NCBI RefSeq assembly: GCF_963516515.1
Contig: NZ_CAUQCJ010000003.1
Span: forward strand, 1,722 to 65,721
DNA from: an uncultured Streptococcus sp.
Lineage (GTDB): Bacteria; Bacillota; Bacilli; Lactobacillales; Streptococcaceae
DNA: 64,000 bases
Direction: 5' to 3'
Below, one piece after another: positions 20,183-30,952 of the stretch; the stretch's first letter is position 1, and every line of letters begins with the position of its first letter. The notes beneath the pieces are model-generated. The model was not told where the DNA came from and did not search any database. It was given only the letters and a program-made list of their open reading frames with translations. Position numbers and translations under genes: made by a program.

Positions 20183-21517
20183 ATGTCTTCTCATAAAAAA
20201 GTGTCACTCTCTGAGATTAATCAATCTATCGATACTCCAAATAACAATCATTTCTGGCAAAATTTAAATGCCTTTTTAGGTCCGGGTGCTCTTGTCGCAG
20301 TTGGTTATATGGATCCAGGAAACTGGATTACCAGTGTAGTCGGTGGTGCTTCCTATAAGTATAGTCTCTTGTTTGTTATCTTGATTTCATCTCTCATTGC
20401 CATGCAACTTCAGCAGATGGCAGGAAAGCTTGGTATTGTAACCCAGATGGACCTGGCTCAAGCAACGGCTCATCATTCACCTAAATGGCTTCGTTATAGT
20501 CTATGGGTGATTTTAGAATTAGCCTTGATGGCGACAGATCTGGCAGAAGTTCTAGGTTCAGCGATTGCTCTCAATCTTCTCTTTAAGATTCCGATTATGA
20601 TAGCAATTCTCTTGACCGTGTTGGATGTTTTTCTCTTATTGCTTCTGATGAAATTTGGCTTTAAGAAGATTGAAGCTATTGTGACAACACTGATTTTAAC
20701 CATTCTAGCAATTTTTACCTATCTGGTAGCTTTGTCACATCCAAGCTTCCAAGGAATCGTTGAGGGTTATCTACCGAATGCAACCTTATTTGAAAGTCCC
20801 TTGCCAGGGCATGAAAGTCAATTAACCTTGGCACTAGGGATCGTGGGAGCAACGGTTATGCCCCATAACCTCTATTTGCATTCTTCCTTGTCACAAACTC
20901 GGAAAATCAATCACAAGGACAAGAATGATGTTCGAAAAGCCGTGCGCTTTATGACCTGGGATTCAAATCTCCAATTATCCTTGGCCTTTGTGGTTAACTC
21001 CCTTCTATTAATTCTCGGGGCGGCTCTCTTTTTCGGCCATGCATCTGAGATTTCTGCCTTCTCTCAAATGTATAATGCCTTGCAGGATTCTACTATTGCA
21101 GGAGCTATAGCTAGCTCGACCTTATCAACCTTGTTTGCCTTGGCTTTATTAGCCAGTGGTCAAAATTCGACAATTACGGGTACCTTGACTGGACAAATCG
21201 TTATGGAAGGTTTCTTGCATATGAGATTACCTCAATGGTTCATTCGTTTGGCAACTCGTCTCTTTGCCTTGTTGCCTGTCATGATTGTAGCGGTTCTGTT
21301 TGGTCATCAGGAAAAAACATTAGATCAGTTATTGGTTTATTCACAAGTCTTTCTTTCGATTGCTCTTCCATTTTCAATCTTCCCACTGATTTATCTAACT
21401 TCTAAGAAATCACTGATGGGAGAATTTACCAATGCCAAATGGAATACCATCCTTGGCTATATCGTTTCCATTATCTTAACAATTCTCAATGTGAAATTGT
21501 TATTTGATATTTTCTAA
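20183..21517 (+). CDS. mntH: Nramp family divalent metal (Mn2+) transporter
   Basis: GYMDPGNW and GATVMPHNLYLHS motifs; GQNSTITGT. Confidence 0.95.
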   Translation: MSSHKKVSLSEINQSIDTPNNNHFWQNLNAFLGPGALVAVGYMDPGNWITSVVGGASYKYSLLFVILISSLIAMQLQQMAGKLGIVTQMDLAQATAHHSPKWLRYSLWVILELALMATDLAEVLGSAIALNLLFKIPIMIAILLTVLDVFLLLLLMKFGFKKIEAIVTTLILTILAIFTYLVALSHPSFQGIVEGYLPNATLFESPLPGHESQLTLALGIVGATVMPHNLYLHSSLSQTRKINHKDKNDVRKAVRFMTWDSNLQLSLAFVVNSLLLILGAALFFGHASEISAFSQMYNALQDSTIAGAIASSTLSTLFALALLASGQNSTITGTLTGQIVMEGFLHMRLPQWFIRLATRLFALLPVMIVAVLFGHQEKTLDQLLVYSQVFLSIALPFSIFPLIYLTSKKSLMGEFTNAKWNTILGYIVSIILTILNVKLLFDIF

Positions 21518-21551
21518 GAAATTCACCCGAGTTATAAAACAAGCATATAAG

Positions 21552-21587
21552 AAAAAAGATACCCAAGATTTCTTGGGTATCTTTTTT
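21552..21587. terminator. Bidirectional terminator between mntH and tRNA-Ser
   Basis: AAAAAAGATACCCAAGA...TCTTGGGTATCTTTTTT. Confidence 0.9.
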
Positions 21588-21595
21588 AAAATAAA

Positions 21596-21683
21596 CGGAA
21601 GACATGGGATTCGAACCCACGCACGCTGTTACACGCCTACCGCGTTTCCAACACGGCCTCTTAAGCCTCTTGAGTAATCTTCC
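21596..21683 (-). tRNA. tRNA-Ser (anticodon GGA)
   Basis: Minus strand GGAAGAT...TCTTCCG cloverleaf, anticodon arm CCGTG-TTGGAAA-CGCGG, long variable arm, GTTCGAATC. Confidence 0.95.
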
Positions 21684-21749
21684 AATACTTACTCAAATAG
21701 TCTACCATAAAGGCCCTTATCTTGCAATAAAAATTCTAGAAATAAGGAA

Positions 21750-21832
21750 AATGATAGATTTTGAAAGAAAATGATAAAAAATGCTTGACTTTTAAATAAA
21801 GTGTGATAGAATGAATAGTGTAAACGATAACA
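21750..21832 (+). promoter_or_regulatory. fru operon promoter with FruR-like 10-bp repeats and a cre site (21819-21832)
   Basis: TGATAGATTT/TGAAAGAAAA/TGATAAAAAA phased repeats; TTGACT-N16-TAGAAT; TGTAAACGATAACA. Confidence 0.7.
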
Positions 21833-21844
21833 GGAGGTGATTCG

Positions 21845-22585
21845 GTGTTAAAAACAGAGCGGAAGCAACTGATTTTAGAGGAGTTAAATCAACATCATGT
21901 AGTTTCTCTAGAAAAATTAGTTAGTTTGCTAGAGACCTCAGAATCAACGGTTCGAAGAGATTTGGATGAGTTGGAAGCGGAAAACAAGCTTCGTCGCGTG
22001 CATGGTGGAGCAGAATTGCCCCATTCCTTGCAGGAAGAAGAAACCATTCAAGAAAAATCTGTCAAAAACCTTCAAGAGAAGAAGTTGCTGGCTCAGAAAG
22101 CAGCCTCTCTCATCAAGGAACAAGATGTCATCTTTATCGATGCTGGAACAACAACTGCTTTTTTGATTCATGAATTGGTCAATAAGAATGTTACAGTCGT
22201 GACCAACTCGATTCACCATGCCGCACAGTTGGTTGAAAAGCAGATTCCAACTGTCATGGTTGGAGGAAGTGTCAAGATGGCAACAGATGCTAGCATCGGG
22301 GGCGTTGCTCTTAACCAGATTAACCAATTGCACTTTGATCGTGCCTTTATCGGGATGAATGGTGTGGACGATGGCTATTATACAACTCCTGATATGGAAG
22401 AGGGTGCTGTGAAGCGCGCTATTTTAGAGAATGCCAAACAGACCTATGTCTTGGTGGATTCGTCAAAAATTGGACAAACTTGCTTTGCCAAGGTAGCACC
22501 ACTCAAACGAGCTATTGTTATCACAAGTCAAGGGCATGAGCTCTTGCAGGCTATTAAGGAGAAAACGGAGGTAATAGAAGTATGA
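21845..22585 (+). CDS. fruR: DeoR-family fructose operon repressor
   Basis: SESTVRRDL HTH, IFIDAGTT; first gene of the fru operon; GTG start. Confidence 0.92.
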   Translation: MLKTERKQLILEELNQHHVVSLEKLVSLLETSESTVRRDLDELEAENKLRRVHGGAELPHSLQEEETIQEKSVKNLQEKKLLAQKAASLIKEQDVIFIDAGTTTAFLIHELVNKNVTVVTNSIHHAAQLVEKQIPTVMVGGSVKMATDASIGGVALNQINQLHFDRAFIGMNGVDDGYYTTPDMEEGAVKRAILENAKQTYVLVDSSKIGQTCFAKVAPLKRAIVITSQGHELLQAIKEKTEVIEV

Positions 22586-23493
22586 TTTATACAGTCACAC
22601 TCAATCCATCCATTGACTATATCGTTCGTTTGGACCAAGTCCAAGTCGGTAGTGTCAATCGTATGGATAGTGATGATAAGTTTGCTGGTGGGAAAGGAAT
22701 CAATGTCAGTCGTGTCTTGAAACGCTTGGATATTCCAAATACAGCGACTGGATTTATCGGAGGTTTTACTGGTAAATTTATCACAGATACTTTGGCAGAA
22801 GAGGAAATCGAAACGCGTTTTGTCCAAGTAGCAGAAGATACTCGTATCAATGTTAAAATCAAAGCAGACCAAGAAACAGAAATCAACGGAAGGGGTCCAA
22901 CTGTTGAACCAGCTCAGTTAGAAGAATTGAAAGCTATTCTTTCAAGTTTAACAGCAGAAGATACAGTTGTATTTGCAGGTTCAAGTGCTAAAAACCTAGG
23001 TAATATCATCTACAAGGATTTGATTGCCTTGACGCGCCAGACTGGTGCGCAAGTGGTTTGCGACTTTGAAGGACAGACCTTGATTGATAGTTTGGATTAT
23101 CAACCACTTCTAGTCAAACCAAACAATCATGAATTAGGAGCGATTTTTGGTGTTAAACTTGAAAGTTTGGATCAAATCGAGAAATATGCTCGAGAATTGC
23201 TGTCTAAAGGTGCCCAAAACGTCATTATCTCTATGGCTGGTGAAGGTGCCCTTCTTGTCACATCTGAGGGAGCATACTTTGCTAAACCAATCAAAGGGAC
23301 AGTGAAAAATTCAGTTGGGGCTGGTGATTCTATGGTCGCTGGATTTACAGGTGAATTTGTCAAATCAAAAGACGCAGTAGAAGCCTTCAAATGGGGAGTA
23401 GCTTGCGGAACAGCAACGACCTTCTCGGATGACTTGGCAACAGCGGAATTTATTAAAGAAACATATGAAAAAGTTGAGGTAGAAAAAAGATGA
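22582..23493 (+). CDS. fruK: 1-phosphofructokinase
   Basis: TVTLNPSID, GGKGINVS, NSVGAGDS PfkB motifs. Confidence 0.95.
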   Translation: MIYTVTLNPSIDYIVRLDQVQVGSVNRMDSDDKFAGGKGINVSRVLKRLDIPNTATGFIGGFTGKFITDTLAEEEIETRFVQVAEDTRINVKIKADQETEINGRGPTVEPAQLEELKAILSSLTAEDTVVFAGSSAKNLGNIIYKDLIALTRQTGAQVVCDFEGQTLIDSLDYQPLLVKPNNHELGAIFGVKLESLDQIEKYARELLSKGAQNVIISMAGEGALLVTSEGAYFAKPIKGTVKNSVGAGDSMVAGFTGEFVKSKDAVEAFKWGVACGTATTFSDDLATAEFIKETYEKVEVEKR

Positions 23494-25442
23494 AAATTCA
23501 AGACCTATTGAGAAAAGATGTCATGTTGCTAGATTTGCAGGCAACTGAAAAAACTGCTGTCATCGAAGAGATGATTAAAAGCTTGGTAGATCACGGTTAT
23601 GTGACGGATTTTGAAACCTTTAAAGAAGGTATTTTGGCGCGTGAAGCTCTGACTTCTACAGGTTTGGGTGACGGAATCGCAATGCCTCACAGCAAAAACG
23701 CTGCTGTCAAAGAAGCGACTGTTCTCTTTGCTAAGTCAAATAAGGGTGTTGATTATGAGAGCTTGGATGGACAAGCAACTGACCTCTTCTTCATGATTGC
23801 GGCTCCAGAAGGTGCCAATGATACTCACTTGGCAGCCTTGGCAGAATTGTCTCAATACTTGATGAAAGACGACTTTGCTGATAAACTTCGTCAAGTAACA
23901 TCAGCTGACCAAGTCATTGAACTTTTTGACAAAGCTTCCGAAAAAACTGAAGAGCCTGTTCAAGCACCTGCTAATAACTCTGGTGACTTTATCGTGGCTG
24001 TTACAGCTTGTACGACAGGTATTGCCCACACTTACATGGCCCAAGAAGCCCTTCAAAAAGTGGCTGCTGAAATGGGGGTTGGTATCAAGGTCGAAACCAA
24101 CGGAGCTAGCGGTGTTGGAAACCAACTAACTGCTGAAGACATTCGTAAGGCTAAAGCTGTTATCATCGCAGCAGATAAGGCTGTAGAAATGGATCGTTTT
24201 GATGGCAAACCATTGATCAATCGTCCAGTTGCAGACGGTATCCGTAAGACAGAAGAGTTGATCAACTTAGCTCTTTCAGGAGATGCTGAAGTCTACCGTG
24301 CCGCTAATGGTGCAAAAGCTGCAACAGCCTCTAACGAAAAACAAAGCCTTGGTGGTGCCTTCTACAAACACTTGATGAGTGGTGTGTCACAAATGTTGCC
24401 ATTTGTTATCGGTGGTGGTATCATGATTGCCCTTGCCTTCTTGATTGATGGTGCTTTGGGAGTTCCAAATGAAAATCTTGGAAATCTTGGTTCCTATCAT
24501 GAACTAGCTTCGATGTTCATGAAAATTGGGGGAGCTGCCTTTGGTTTGATGCTCCCAGTCTTTGCAGGTTATGTTGCCTACTCTATCGCTGAAAAACCAG
24601 GTTTGGTAGCAGGTTTCGTGGCTGGTGCTATTGCCAAAGAAGGTTTTGCCTTTGGTAAAATTCCTTATGCCGCAGGTGGTGAAGCAACTTCAACTCTTGC
24701 AGGTGTCTCATCTGGTTTCCTAGGTGCCCTTGTTGGTGGATTTATCGCAGGTGCTTTGGTTCTTGCTATCAAGAAATACGTTAAAGTTCCTCGTTCACTT
24801 GAAGGTGCAAAATCAATCCTTCTCTTGCCACTTCTTGGAACAATCTTGACTGGATTTGTCATGCTAGCTGTGAATATCCCAATGGCAGCAATTAATACTG
24901 CTATGAATGACTTCCTTGGTGGTCTTGGAGGCGGTTCAGCTGTCCTTCTCGGTATCGTTCTTGGTGGAATGATGGCTGTTGACATGGGTGGACCAGTTAA
25001 CAAAGCGGCTTATGTATTTGGTACAGGTACGCTTGCAGCGACTGTTTCTTCAGGTGGTTCTGTAGCCATGGCAGCAGTTATGGCTGGAGGAATGGTGCCA
25101 CCACTTGCAATCTTTGTCGCAACTCTTCTTTTCAAAAATAAATTCACTAAGGAAGAACGCAACTCTGGTTTGACAAACATCATCATGGGCTTGTCATTTA
25201 TCACTGAGGGAGCAATTCCATTTGGTGCCGCTGACCCCGCTCGTGCGATTCCAAGCTTTATCCTTGGTTCGGCAGTAGCAGGTGGACTCGTTGGTCTTGC
25301 TGGAATCAAACTCATGGCTCCACACGGAGGAATCTTTGTAATCGCCCTTACTTCAAATGCCCTTCTTTACCTTGCCTCTGTCTTGGTAGGAGCAATCGTA
25401 AGTGGTGTAGTCTATGGTTACCTACGCAAACCCCAAGCATAA
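23490..25442 (+). CDS. fruA: PTS fructose-specific EIIABC
   Basis: IIA GIAMPH, IIB ACTTGIAHTYMA, IIC DMGGPVNK. Confidence 0.95.
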   Translation: MKIQDLLRKDVMLLDLQATEKTAVIEEMIKSLVDHGYVTDFETFKEGILAREALTSTGLGDGIAMPHSKNAAVKEATVLFAKSNKGVDYESLDGQATDLFFMIAAPEGANDTHLAALAELSQYLMKDDFADKLRQVTSADQVIELFDKASEKTEEPVQAPANNSGDFIVAVTACTTGIAHTYMAQEALQKVAAEMGVGIKVETNGASGVGNQLTAEDIRKAKAVIIAADKAVEMDRFDGKPLINRPVADGIRKTEELINLALSGDAEVYRAANGAKAATASNEKQSLGGAFYKHLMSGVSQMLPFVIGGGIMIALAFLIDGALGVPNENLGNLGSYHELASMFMKIGGAAFGLMLPVFAGYVAYSIAEKPGLVAGFVAGAIAKEGFAFGKIPYAAGGEATSTLAGVSSGFLGALVGGFIAGALVLAIKKYVKVPRSLEGAKSILLLPLLGTILTGFVMLAVNIPMAAINTAMNDFLGGLGGGSAVLLGIVLGGMMAVDMGGPVNKAAYVFGTGTLAATVSSGGSVAMAAVMAGGMVPPLAIFVATLLFKNKFTKEERNSGLTNIIMGLSFITEGAIPFGAADPARAIPSFILGSAVAGGLVGLAGIKLMAPHGGIFVIALTSNALLYLASVLVGAIVSGVVYGYLRKPQA

Positions 25443-25530
25443 AAATTAGATATAATATGAAAAGATTGTACCGATTGGTGCAGTCTTTTTCTCTTTCCGA
25501 AATGCCTGTGAAATATGGTATAATAGAAGA

Positions 25531-27834
25531 ATGGCAAACAAGAATACAAGTAAAACAAGACGGAGACCGTCTAAAGCAGAACTCGAAAGAAAAGAAGCGA
25601 TTCAACGAATGTTGATTTCGTTGGGAATCGCGATTTTATTGATTTTCGCAGCCTTCAAATTAGGGGCTGCGGGTATAACTCTTTACAATTTAATTCGCTT
25701 GCTGGTGGGTAGCCTAGCTTATCTGGCAATATTTGCCCTATTGCTCTATCTCTTCTTTTTCAAGTGGATACGAAAACAGGAAGGACTCTTATCTGGATTT
25801 TTCACCATATTTGCAGGCTTGCTCCTGATTTTTGAAGCCTACTTGGTTTGGAAATATGGTTTGGACAAGTCGATTTTAAAAGGAACCATGGCTCAGGTTG
25901 TGACTGATTTGACTGGTTTTCGAACGACCAGTTTTGCTGGAGGAGGCTTGATTGGAGTTGCTCTTTATATGCCAACCGCCTTTCTTTTTTCAAATATCGG
26001 TACTTACTTTATTGGAGTTATCTTCATTTTAGTGGGGGTTCTCCTCGTCAGCTCTTGGTCTGTTTATGATGTTGCTGAATTCTTCAGTAGAGGCTTTGCT
26101 AAATGGCGAGAAGGGCATGAGCGTCGAAAAGAGGAACGCTTTGTCAAACAAGAAGAAAAAGCTCGCCAAAAGGCTGAGGAAGAGGCTAGATTAGAACAAG
26201 AAGAAGCTGAAAAAGCCTTACTCGATTTGCCTCCTGTTGATATGGAAACGGGTGAAATTCTGACTGATGATGTTGTGCTTGACGTTCCTCCTGTTCCAGA
26301 AGAAGAGTGGGTGGAACCAGAAATCATCCTACCTCAAGCTGAACTTGAATTCCCTGAAGAGGAAGATGGCTCTGACGATGAAGATGTTCAGGTCGATTTT
26401 TCAGCCAGGGAGGCTCTTGAATACAAACTTCCAAGCTTACAACTCTTTGCCCCAGATAAACCCAAAGATCAGTCTAAAGAGAAGAAAATCGTTCGGGAAA
26501 ATATCAAAATCCTAGAAGAAACCTTTGCTAGCTTTGGTATCAAGGTGACGGTGGAACGGGCTGAAATTGGGCCATCAGTGACCAAGTATGAAGTCAAACC
26601 AGCAGTTGGAGTACGGGTTAACCGCATTTCTAATTTAGCAGATGACTTAGCACTGGCACTGGCCGCTAAGGATGTTCGGATTGAAGCACCAATTCCTGGG
26701 AAATCCCTAGTCGGAATCGAAGTGCCTAACTCTGAGATTGCGACTGTGTCCTTCCGCGAACTCTGGGAACAATCTCAAACCAAGCCTGAAAATCTCTTAG
26801 AAATTCCTCTAGGAAAGGCAGTTAATGGCACCGCAAGAGCTTTTGACCTTTCTAAAATGCCCCACTTGCTCGTCGCAGGTTCAACGGGATCAGGGAAGTC
26901 AGTAGCTGTTAATGGCATTATTGCTAGCATTCTCATGAAGGCAAGACCAGACCAAGTCAAATTTATGATGGTCGATCCCAAGATGGTTGAGTTGTCTGTA
27001 TACAATGATATTCCCCATCTCTTGATTCCAGTTGTGACCAATCCACGTAAGGCCAGCAAGGCTCTGCAAAAGGTTGTGGATGAAATGGAAAACCGTTATG
27101 AACTCTTTGCCAAGGTGGGAGTTCGGAATATTGCAGGTTTTAATGCCAAGGTAGAAGAGTTTAATGCACAGTCTGAGTACAAGCAAGTTCCACTGCCACT
27201 CATTGTTGTGATTGTGGATGAGTTGGCTGACCTCATGATGGTGGCCAGCAAGGAGGTAGAAGATGCTATTATCCGACTTGGACAGAAGGCGCGGGCTGCA
27301 GGTATCCACATGATTCTTGCAACTCAACGTCCATCTGTTGATGTCATCTCTGGTTTGATTAAGGCTAATGTCCCATCTCGTGTCGCTTTCGCAGTTTCAT
27401 CAGGAACAGATTCTCGTACGATTTTGGATGAAAATGGAGCAGAAAAACTGCTTGGTCGAGGAGATATGCTCTTTAAGCCGATTGATGAAAATCATCCAGT
27501 TCGTTTGCAAGGCTCCTTTATCTCGGATGATGATGTCGAACGCATCGTAAACTTCATCAAGGCTCAGGCTGATGCGGACTACGATGAGAGTTTTGATCCA
27601 GGTGAGGTTTCTGAAAATGAAGGAGAATTTTCAGATGGAGATGCTGGTGGAGATCCGCTTTTTGAAGAAGCCAAGGCTTTGGTGATCGAAACCCAGAAAG
27701 CCAGTGCATCCATGATTCAGCGTCGTTTATCAGTCGGTTTTAACCGTGCGACCCGCCTCATGGAAGAACTGGAGATGGCAGGTGTCATCGGTCCAGCTGA
27801 AGGTACCAAACCTCGAAAAGTATTACAACAATAA
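25531..27834 (+). CDS. ftsK: DNA translocase FtsK/SpoIIIE
   Basis: N-terminal TMs, AGSTGSGKS Walker A, ATQRPS, gamma domain SASMIQRR. Confidence 0.96.
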   Translation: MANKNTSKTRRRPSKAELERKEAIQRMLISLGIAILLIFAAFKLGAAGITLYNLIRLLVGSLAYLAIFALLLYLFFFKWIRKQEGLLSGFFTIFAGLLLIFEAYLVWKYGLDKSILKGTMAQVVTDLTGFRTTSFAGGGLIGVALYMPTAFLFSNIGTYFIGVIFILVGVLLVSSWSVYDVAEFFSRGFAKWREGHERRKEERFVKQEEKARQKAEEEARLEQEEAEKALLDLPPVDMETGEILTDDVVLDVPPVPEEEWVEPEIILPQAELEFPEEEDGSDDEDVQVDFSAREALEYKLPSLQLFAPDKPKDQSKEKKIVRENIKILEETFASFGIKVTVERAEIGPSVTKYEVKPAVGVRVNRISNLADDLALALAAKDVRIEAPIPGKSLVGIEVPNSEIATVSFRELWEQSQTKPENLLEIPLGKAVNGTARAFDLSKMPHLLVAGSTGSGKSVAVNGIIASILMKARPDQVKFMMVDPKMVELSVYNDIPHLLIPVVTNPRKASKALQKVVDEMENRYELFAKVGVRNIAGFNAKVEEFNAQSEYKQVPLPLIVVIVDELADLMMVASKEVEDAIIRLGQKARAAGIHMILATQRPSVDVISGLIKANVPSRVAFAVSSGTDSRTILDENGAEKLLGRGDMLFKPIDENHPVRLQGSFISDDDVERIVNFIKAQADADYDESFDPGEVSENEGEFSDGDAGGDPLFEEAKALVIETQKASASMIQRRLSVGFNRATRLMEELEMAGVIGPAEGTKPRKVLQQ

Positions 27835-27878
27835 AAAAACAGCTTCTTTCCAAGTTTGGAGGGAAGCTATTTTACTGG

Positions 27879-28313
27879 CTATTGATTACTTTTGTTTTCT
27901 GAAGTTGGGGTATTGGACTGTTTTTCATTTTTAGCGGCAGGTTTACTTGGAGTAGGAGCAGTGGTAGAAGAATCCTGAGTTGCTGTTTTCTGCTCTTCTT
28001 TTTTATCTTCCTTGACGCTAGATTTTGGCGTTTCTTCTTGCTGTGTTTTTTCTTGACTAGTATTATTTTCCTTATTAGGACTGGTGTTTTCCTTAGGGGA
28101 TTCCTTTTGAATTTCTTTGACAATGGTTGTCGTCTGGCTTGTCGTAGGTTCTTTTTTAGTATTTTTATTATTATCCAAGGCGTTCATGATAGTGATACTT
28201 GCGGTAATTAAGCCAAGGATACTACCGATAGTAGCAACGGTTTTTTGAAAGACCGTAAAGCCTTTTTTGATGTGTTCTGTTTTTGGTTTTGAAGTTCTAC
28301 GATAATTAGACAT
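27879..28313 (-). CDS. Hypothetical single-TM protein with low-complexity extracellular tail
   Basis: One TM helix then K/E/T/S/Q-rich region; AAAGGAG RBS and TATAAT promoter. Confidence 0.75.
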   Translation of the reverse strand: MSNYRRTSKPKTEHIKKGFTVFQKTVATIGSILGLITASITIMNALDNNKNTKKEPTTSQTTTIVKEIQKESPKENTSPNKENNTSQEKTQQEETPKSSVKEDKKEEQKTATQDSSTTAPTPSKPAAKNEKQSNTPTSENKSNQ

Positions 28314-28338
28314 ACATTCTCTCCTTTAATTAAAACTT

Positions 28339-28370
28339 ATTATACCGCATTTCTTTAAAAAAATCTTAAA
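28339..28370 (-). promoter_or_regulatory. Putative CiaR-type box and -10 promoter
   Basis: Minus strand TTTAAG-N5-TTTAAA, 9 nt upstream of TATAAT. Confidence 0.5.
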
Positions 28371-28451
28371 AAAAGAGAAATTGCCCTTTCTTGTCGCAAG
28401 CTCCGTTTCATGATACAATAGAAGGAGTGATTTTAGAAAGCGTGAGAAAAC

Positions 28452-29594
28452 ATGATTTACTTTGATAATTCAGCGACGACCAAGCCCTATCCTGAAGTAC
28501 TTGAAACCTATATGCAGGTGGCTTCAAAAATTTTAGGAAATCCATCTAGTCTCCATCGTTTGGGAGATCAGGCAACACGAATTTTAGATGCTTCTCGTCA
28601 GCAAATTGCAGATTTGATTGGCAAGAAAAGTGATGAAATCTTCTTTACTTCTGGTGGAACAGAAGGGGATAACTGGGTTATCAAGGGTGTGTCCTTTGAA
28701 AAAGCTCAGTTTGGCAAGCACATCATCGTATCAGCCATTGAACATCCAGCAATTAAGGAATCAGCCCTCTGGTTAAAATCTCAAGGTTTTGAAGTGGATT
28801 TTGCTCCAGTAGATGAGCAAGGATTTGTGGATGTTGAGGCGTTAGCAGATTTGATAAGACCTGATACGATCCTAATTTCTATCATGGCAGTAAACAATGA
28901 AATTGGCTCTATCCAACCTATTGAGGCTATTTCAGAACTCTTGGCAGACAAACCGACAATTTCCTTCCAAGTTGATGCGGTTCAGGCGCTTGCCAAGATT
29001 CCAACTGAAAAGTATCTAACTGATAGAGTGGATTTTGCGACCTTCTCGAGTCATAAGTTTCATGGTGTCCGTGGTGTTGGTTTTGTCTATATCAAGTCTG
29101 GTAAGAGGATTACGCCTCTTTTAACAGGTGGTGGGCAGGAGCGTGATTATCGTTCGACAACTGAAAATGTGGCAGGAATAGCAGCAACAGCCAAGGCCCT
29201 CCGTTTGTCTATGGAAAAGCTAGATTTCTTTACTAGTAAGACTGGACAGATGAAGGCAGTGATTCGTCATGCCCTTCTGGACTATCCAGATATTTTTGTC
29301 TTTTCAGATGAGGAAGACTTTGCCCCTCATATCCTGACTTTTGGAATCAAGGGTGTTCGTGGTGAAGTCATTGTTCACGCCTTTGAAGACTATGATATTT
29401 TTATTTCTACGACCTCTGCTTGTTCATCCAAGGCAGGGAAACCTGCAGGCACCTTGATAGCCATGGGAGTGGACAAAGATAAGGCCCAGTCAGCTGTGCG
29501 TTTAAGCCTAGACCTTGAAAATGATATGAGTCAGGTCGAGCAGTTTTTGACCAAGCTAAAATTAATTTATAATCAAACTAGAAAAGTAAGATAG
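28452..29594 (+). CDS. Cysteine desulfurase (IscS/NifZ-like) paired with ThiI
   Basis: [18 protein letters not shown] lysine, TSACSS. Confidence 0.92.
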   Translation: MIYFDNSATTKPYPEVLETYMQVASKILGNPSSLHRLGDQATRILDASRQQIADLIGKKSDEIFFTSGGTEGDNWVIKGVSFEKAQFGKHIIVSAIEHPAIKESALWLKSQGFEVDFAPVDEQGFVDVEALADLIRPDTILISIMAVNNEIGSIQPIEAISELLADKPTISFQVDAVQALAKIPTEKYLTDRVDFATFSSHKFHGVRGVGFVYIKSGKRITPLLTGGGQERDYRSTTENVAGIAATAKALRLSMEKLDFFTSKTGQMKAVIRHALLDYPDIFVFSDEEDFAPHILTFGIKGVRGEVIVHAFEDYDIFISTTSACSSKAGKPAGTLIAMGVDKDKAQSAVRLSLDLENDMSQVEQFLTKLKLIYNQTRKVR

Positions 29595-29602
29595 GAGCAT
29601 TT

Positions 29603-30817
29603 ATGCAGTATTCAGAAATTATGATTCGCTACGGAGAATTGTCAACCAAACACAAAAATCGTATGCGCTTCATCAATAAACTTCGTAATAATATTTCAGA
29701 CGTTTTGTCTATCTATCCCCAAGTTAAGGTAACCGCAGATCGCGATCGTGCCCACGCTTACCTCAATGGAGCTGATTACACAGCAGTAGCAGAATCCCTC
29801 AAGCAAGTCTTTGGAATTCAAAACTTTTCTCCCGTTTATAAAGTCGAAAAGTCTGTGGAAGTTCTTAAATCTGCTGTCCAAGAGATTATGAAAGAAACTT
29901 ACAAGGAAGGGATGACCTTTAAAATCACTGGTAAGCGTAGCGACCACACCTTTGAACTTGATAGTCGTGAACTCAATCAAACTCTTGGTAGTGCTGTTTT
30001 CAAGGCTATTCCAAACGTGAAAGCTCAGATGAAAAATCCAGATATTAATCTTCAGGTTGAGATTCGTGAGGAGGCTGCCTATATTTCCTATGAAACCTTC
30101 CGTGGAGCAAGAGGATTACCTGTGGGAAGTTCTGGTAAAGGTATGCTCATGTTGTCAGGAGGAATTGATTCACCTGTGGCAGGTTATCTAGCTCTTAAAC
30201 GTGGGGTAGATATTGAGGCCGTTCACTTTGCTAGCCCACCTTACACTAGTCCAGGTGCTCTCAAGAAAGCTCAGGATTTAACTCGTAAATTAACCAAGTT
30301 TGGTGGAAATATCCAGTTTATCGAAGTACCTTTCACAGAGATTCAAGAGGAAATCAAGGCTAAAGCGCCAGAAGCCTACCTCATGACCTTGACTCGTCGA
30401 TTTATGATGCGGATTACCGACCGTATTCGTGAGGTGAGAAACGGTTTAGTTATCATCAATGGGGAAAGTCTTGGTCAAGTAGCCAGTCAGACCTTGGAAA
30501 GTATGCAAACTATCAACGATGTGACCAGCACTCCAGTCATTCGTCCTGTGGTTACTATGGACAAATTGGAAATCATTGACATTGCCCAGGCAATCGATAC
30601 CTTTGACATTTCTATCCAGCCTTTTGAAGACTGCTGTACCATTTTTGCACCTGACCGTCCTAAGACCAATCCTAAGATTAAGAATGCAGAGCAGTATGAA
30701 AAACGGATGGATGTTAAGGGCTTAGTTGAGCGAGCAGTGGCAGGGATTATGATTACTGAGATCACACCTCAGGTTGAAAAAGATGAAGTGGATGACTTAA
30801 TTGATAATCTGCTCTAA
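29603..30817 (+). CDS. thiI: tRNA 4-thiouridine(8) synthase
   Basis: THUMP domain, SGGIDS PP-loop, [15 protein letters not shown]. Confidence 0.95.
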   Translation: MQYSEIMIRYGELSTKHKNRMRFINKLRNNISDVLSIYPQVKVTADRDRAHAYLNGADYTAVAESLKQVFGIQNFSPVYKVEKSVEVLKSAVQEIMKETYKEGMTFKITGKRSDHTFELDSRELNQTLGSAVFKAIPNVKAQMKNPDINLQVEIREEAAYISYETFRGARGLPVGSSGKGMLMLSGGIDSPVAGYLALKRGVDIEAVHFASPPYTSPGALKKAQDLTRKLTKFGGNIQFIEVPFTEIQEEIKAKAPEAYLMTLTRRFMMRITDRIREVRNGLVIINGESLGQVASQTLESMQTINDVTSTPVIRPVVTMDKLEIIDIAQAIDTFDISIQPFEDCCTIFAPDRPKTNPKIKNAEQYEKRMDVKGLVERAVAGIMITEITPQVEKDEVDDLIDNLL

Positions 30818-30952
30818 TCAGAAAATCCAAAAGAATTTAGAAAATTAAATGAAAAAGTTAGTTTTTAATCCAAAAATGGAAGCAAAACTGACTTTTTTTC
30901 TATTTTTATGATATAATGAGATAAAATTTTGAATATAGAGAGTTTTCTGACA

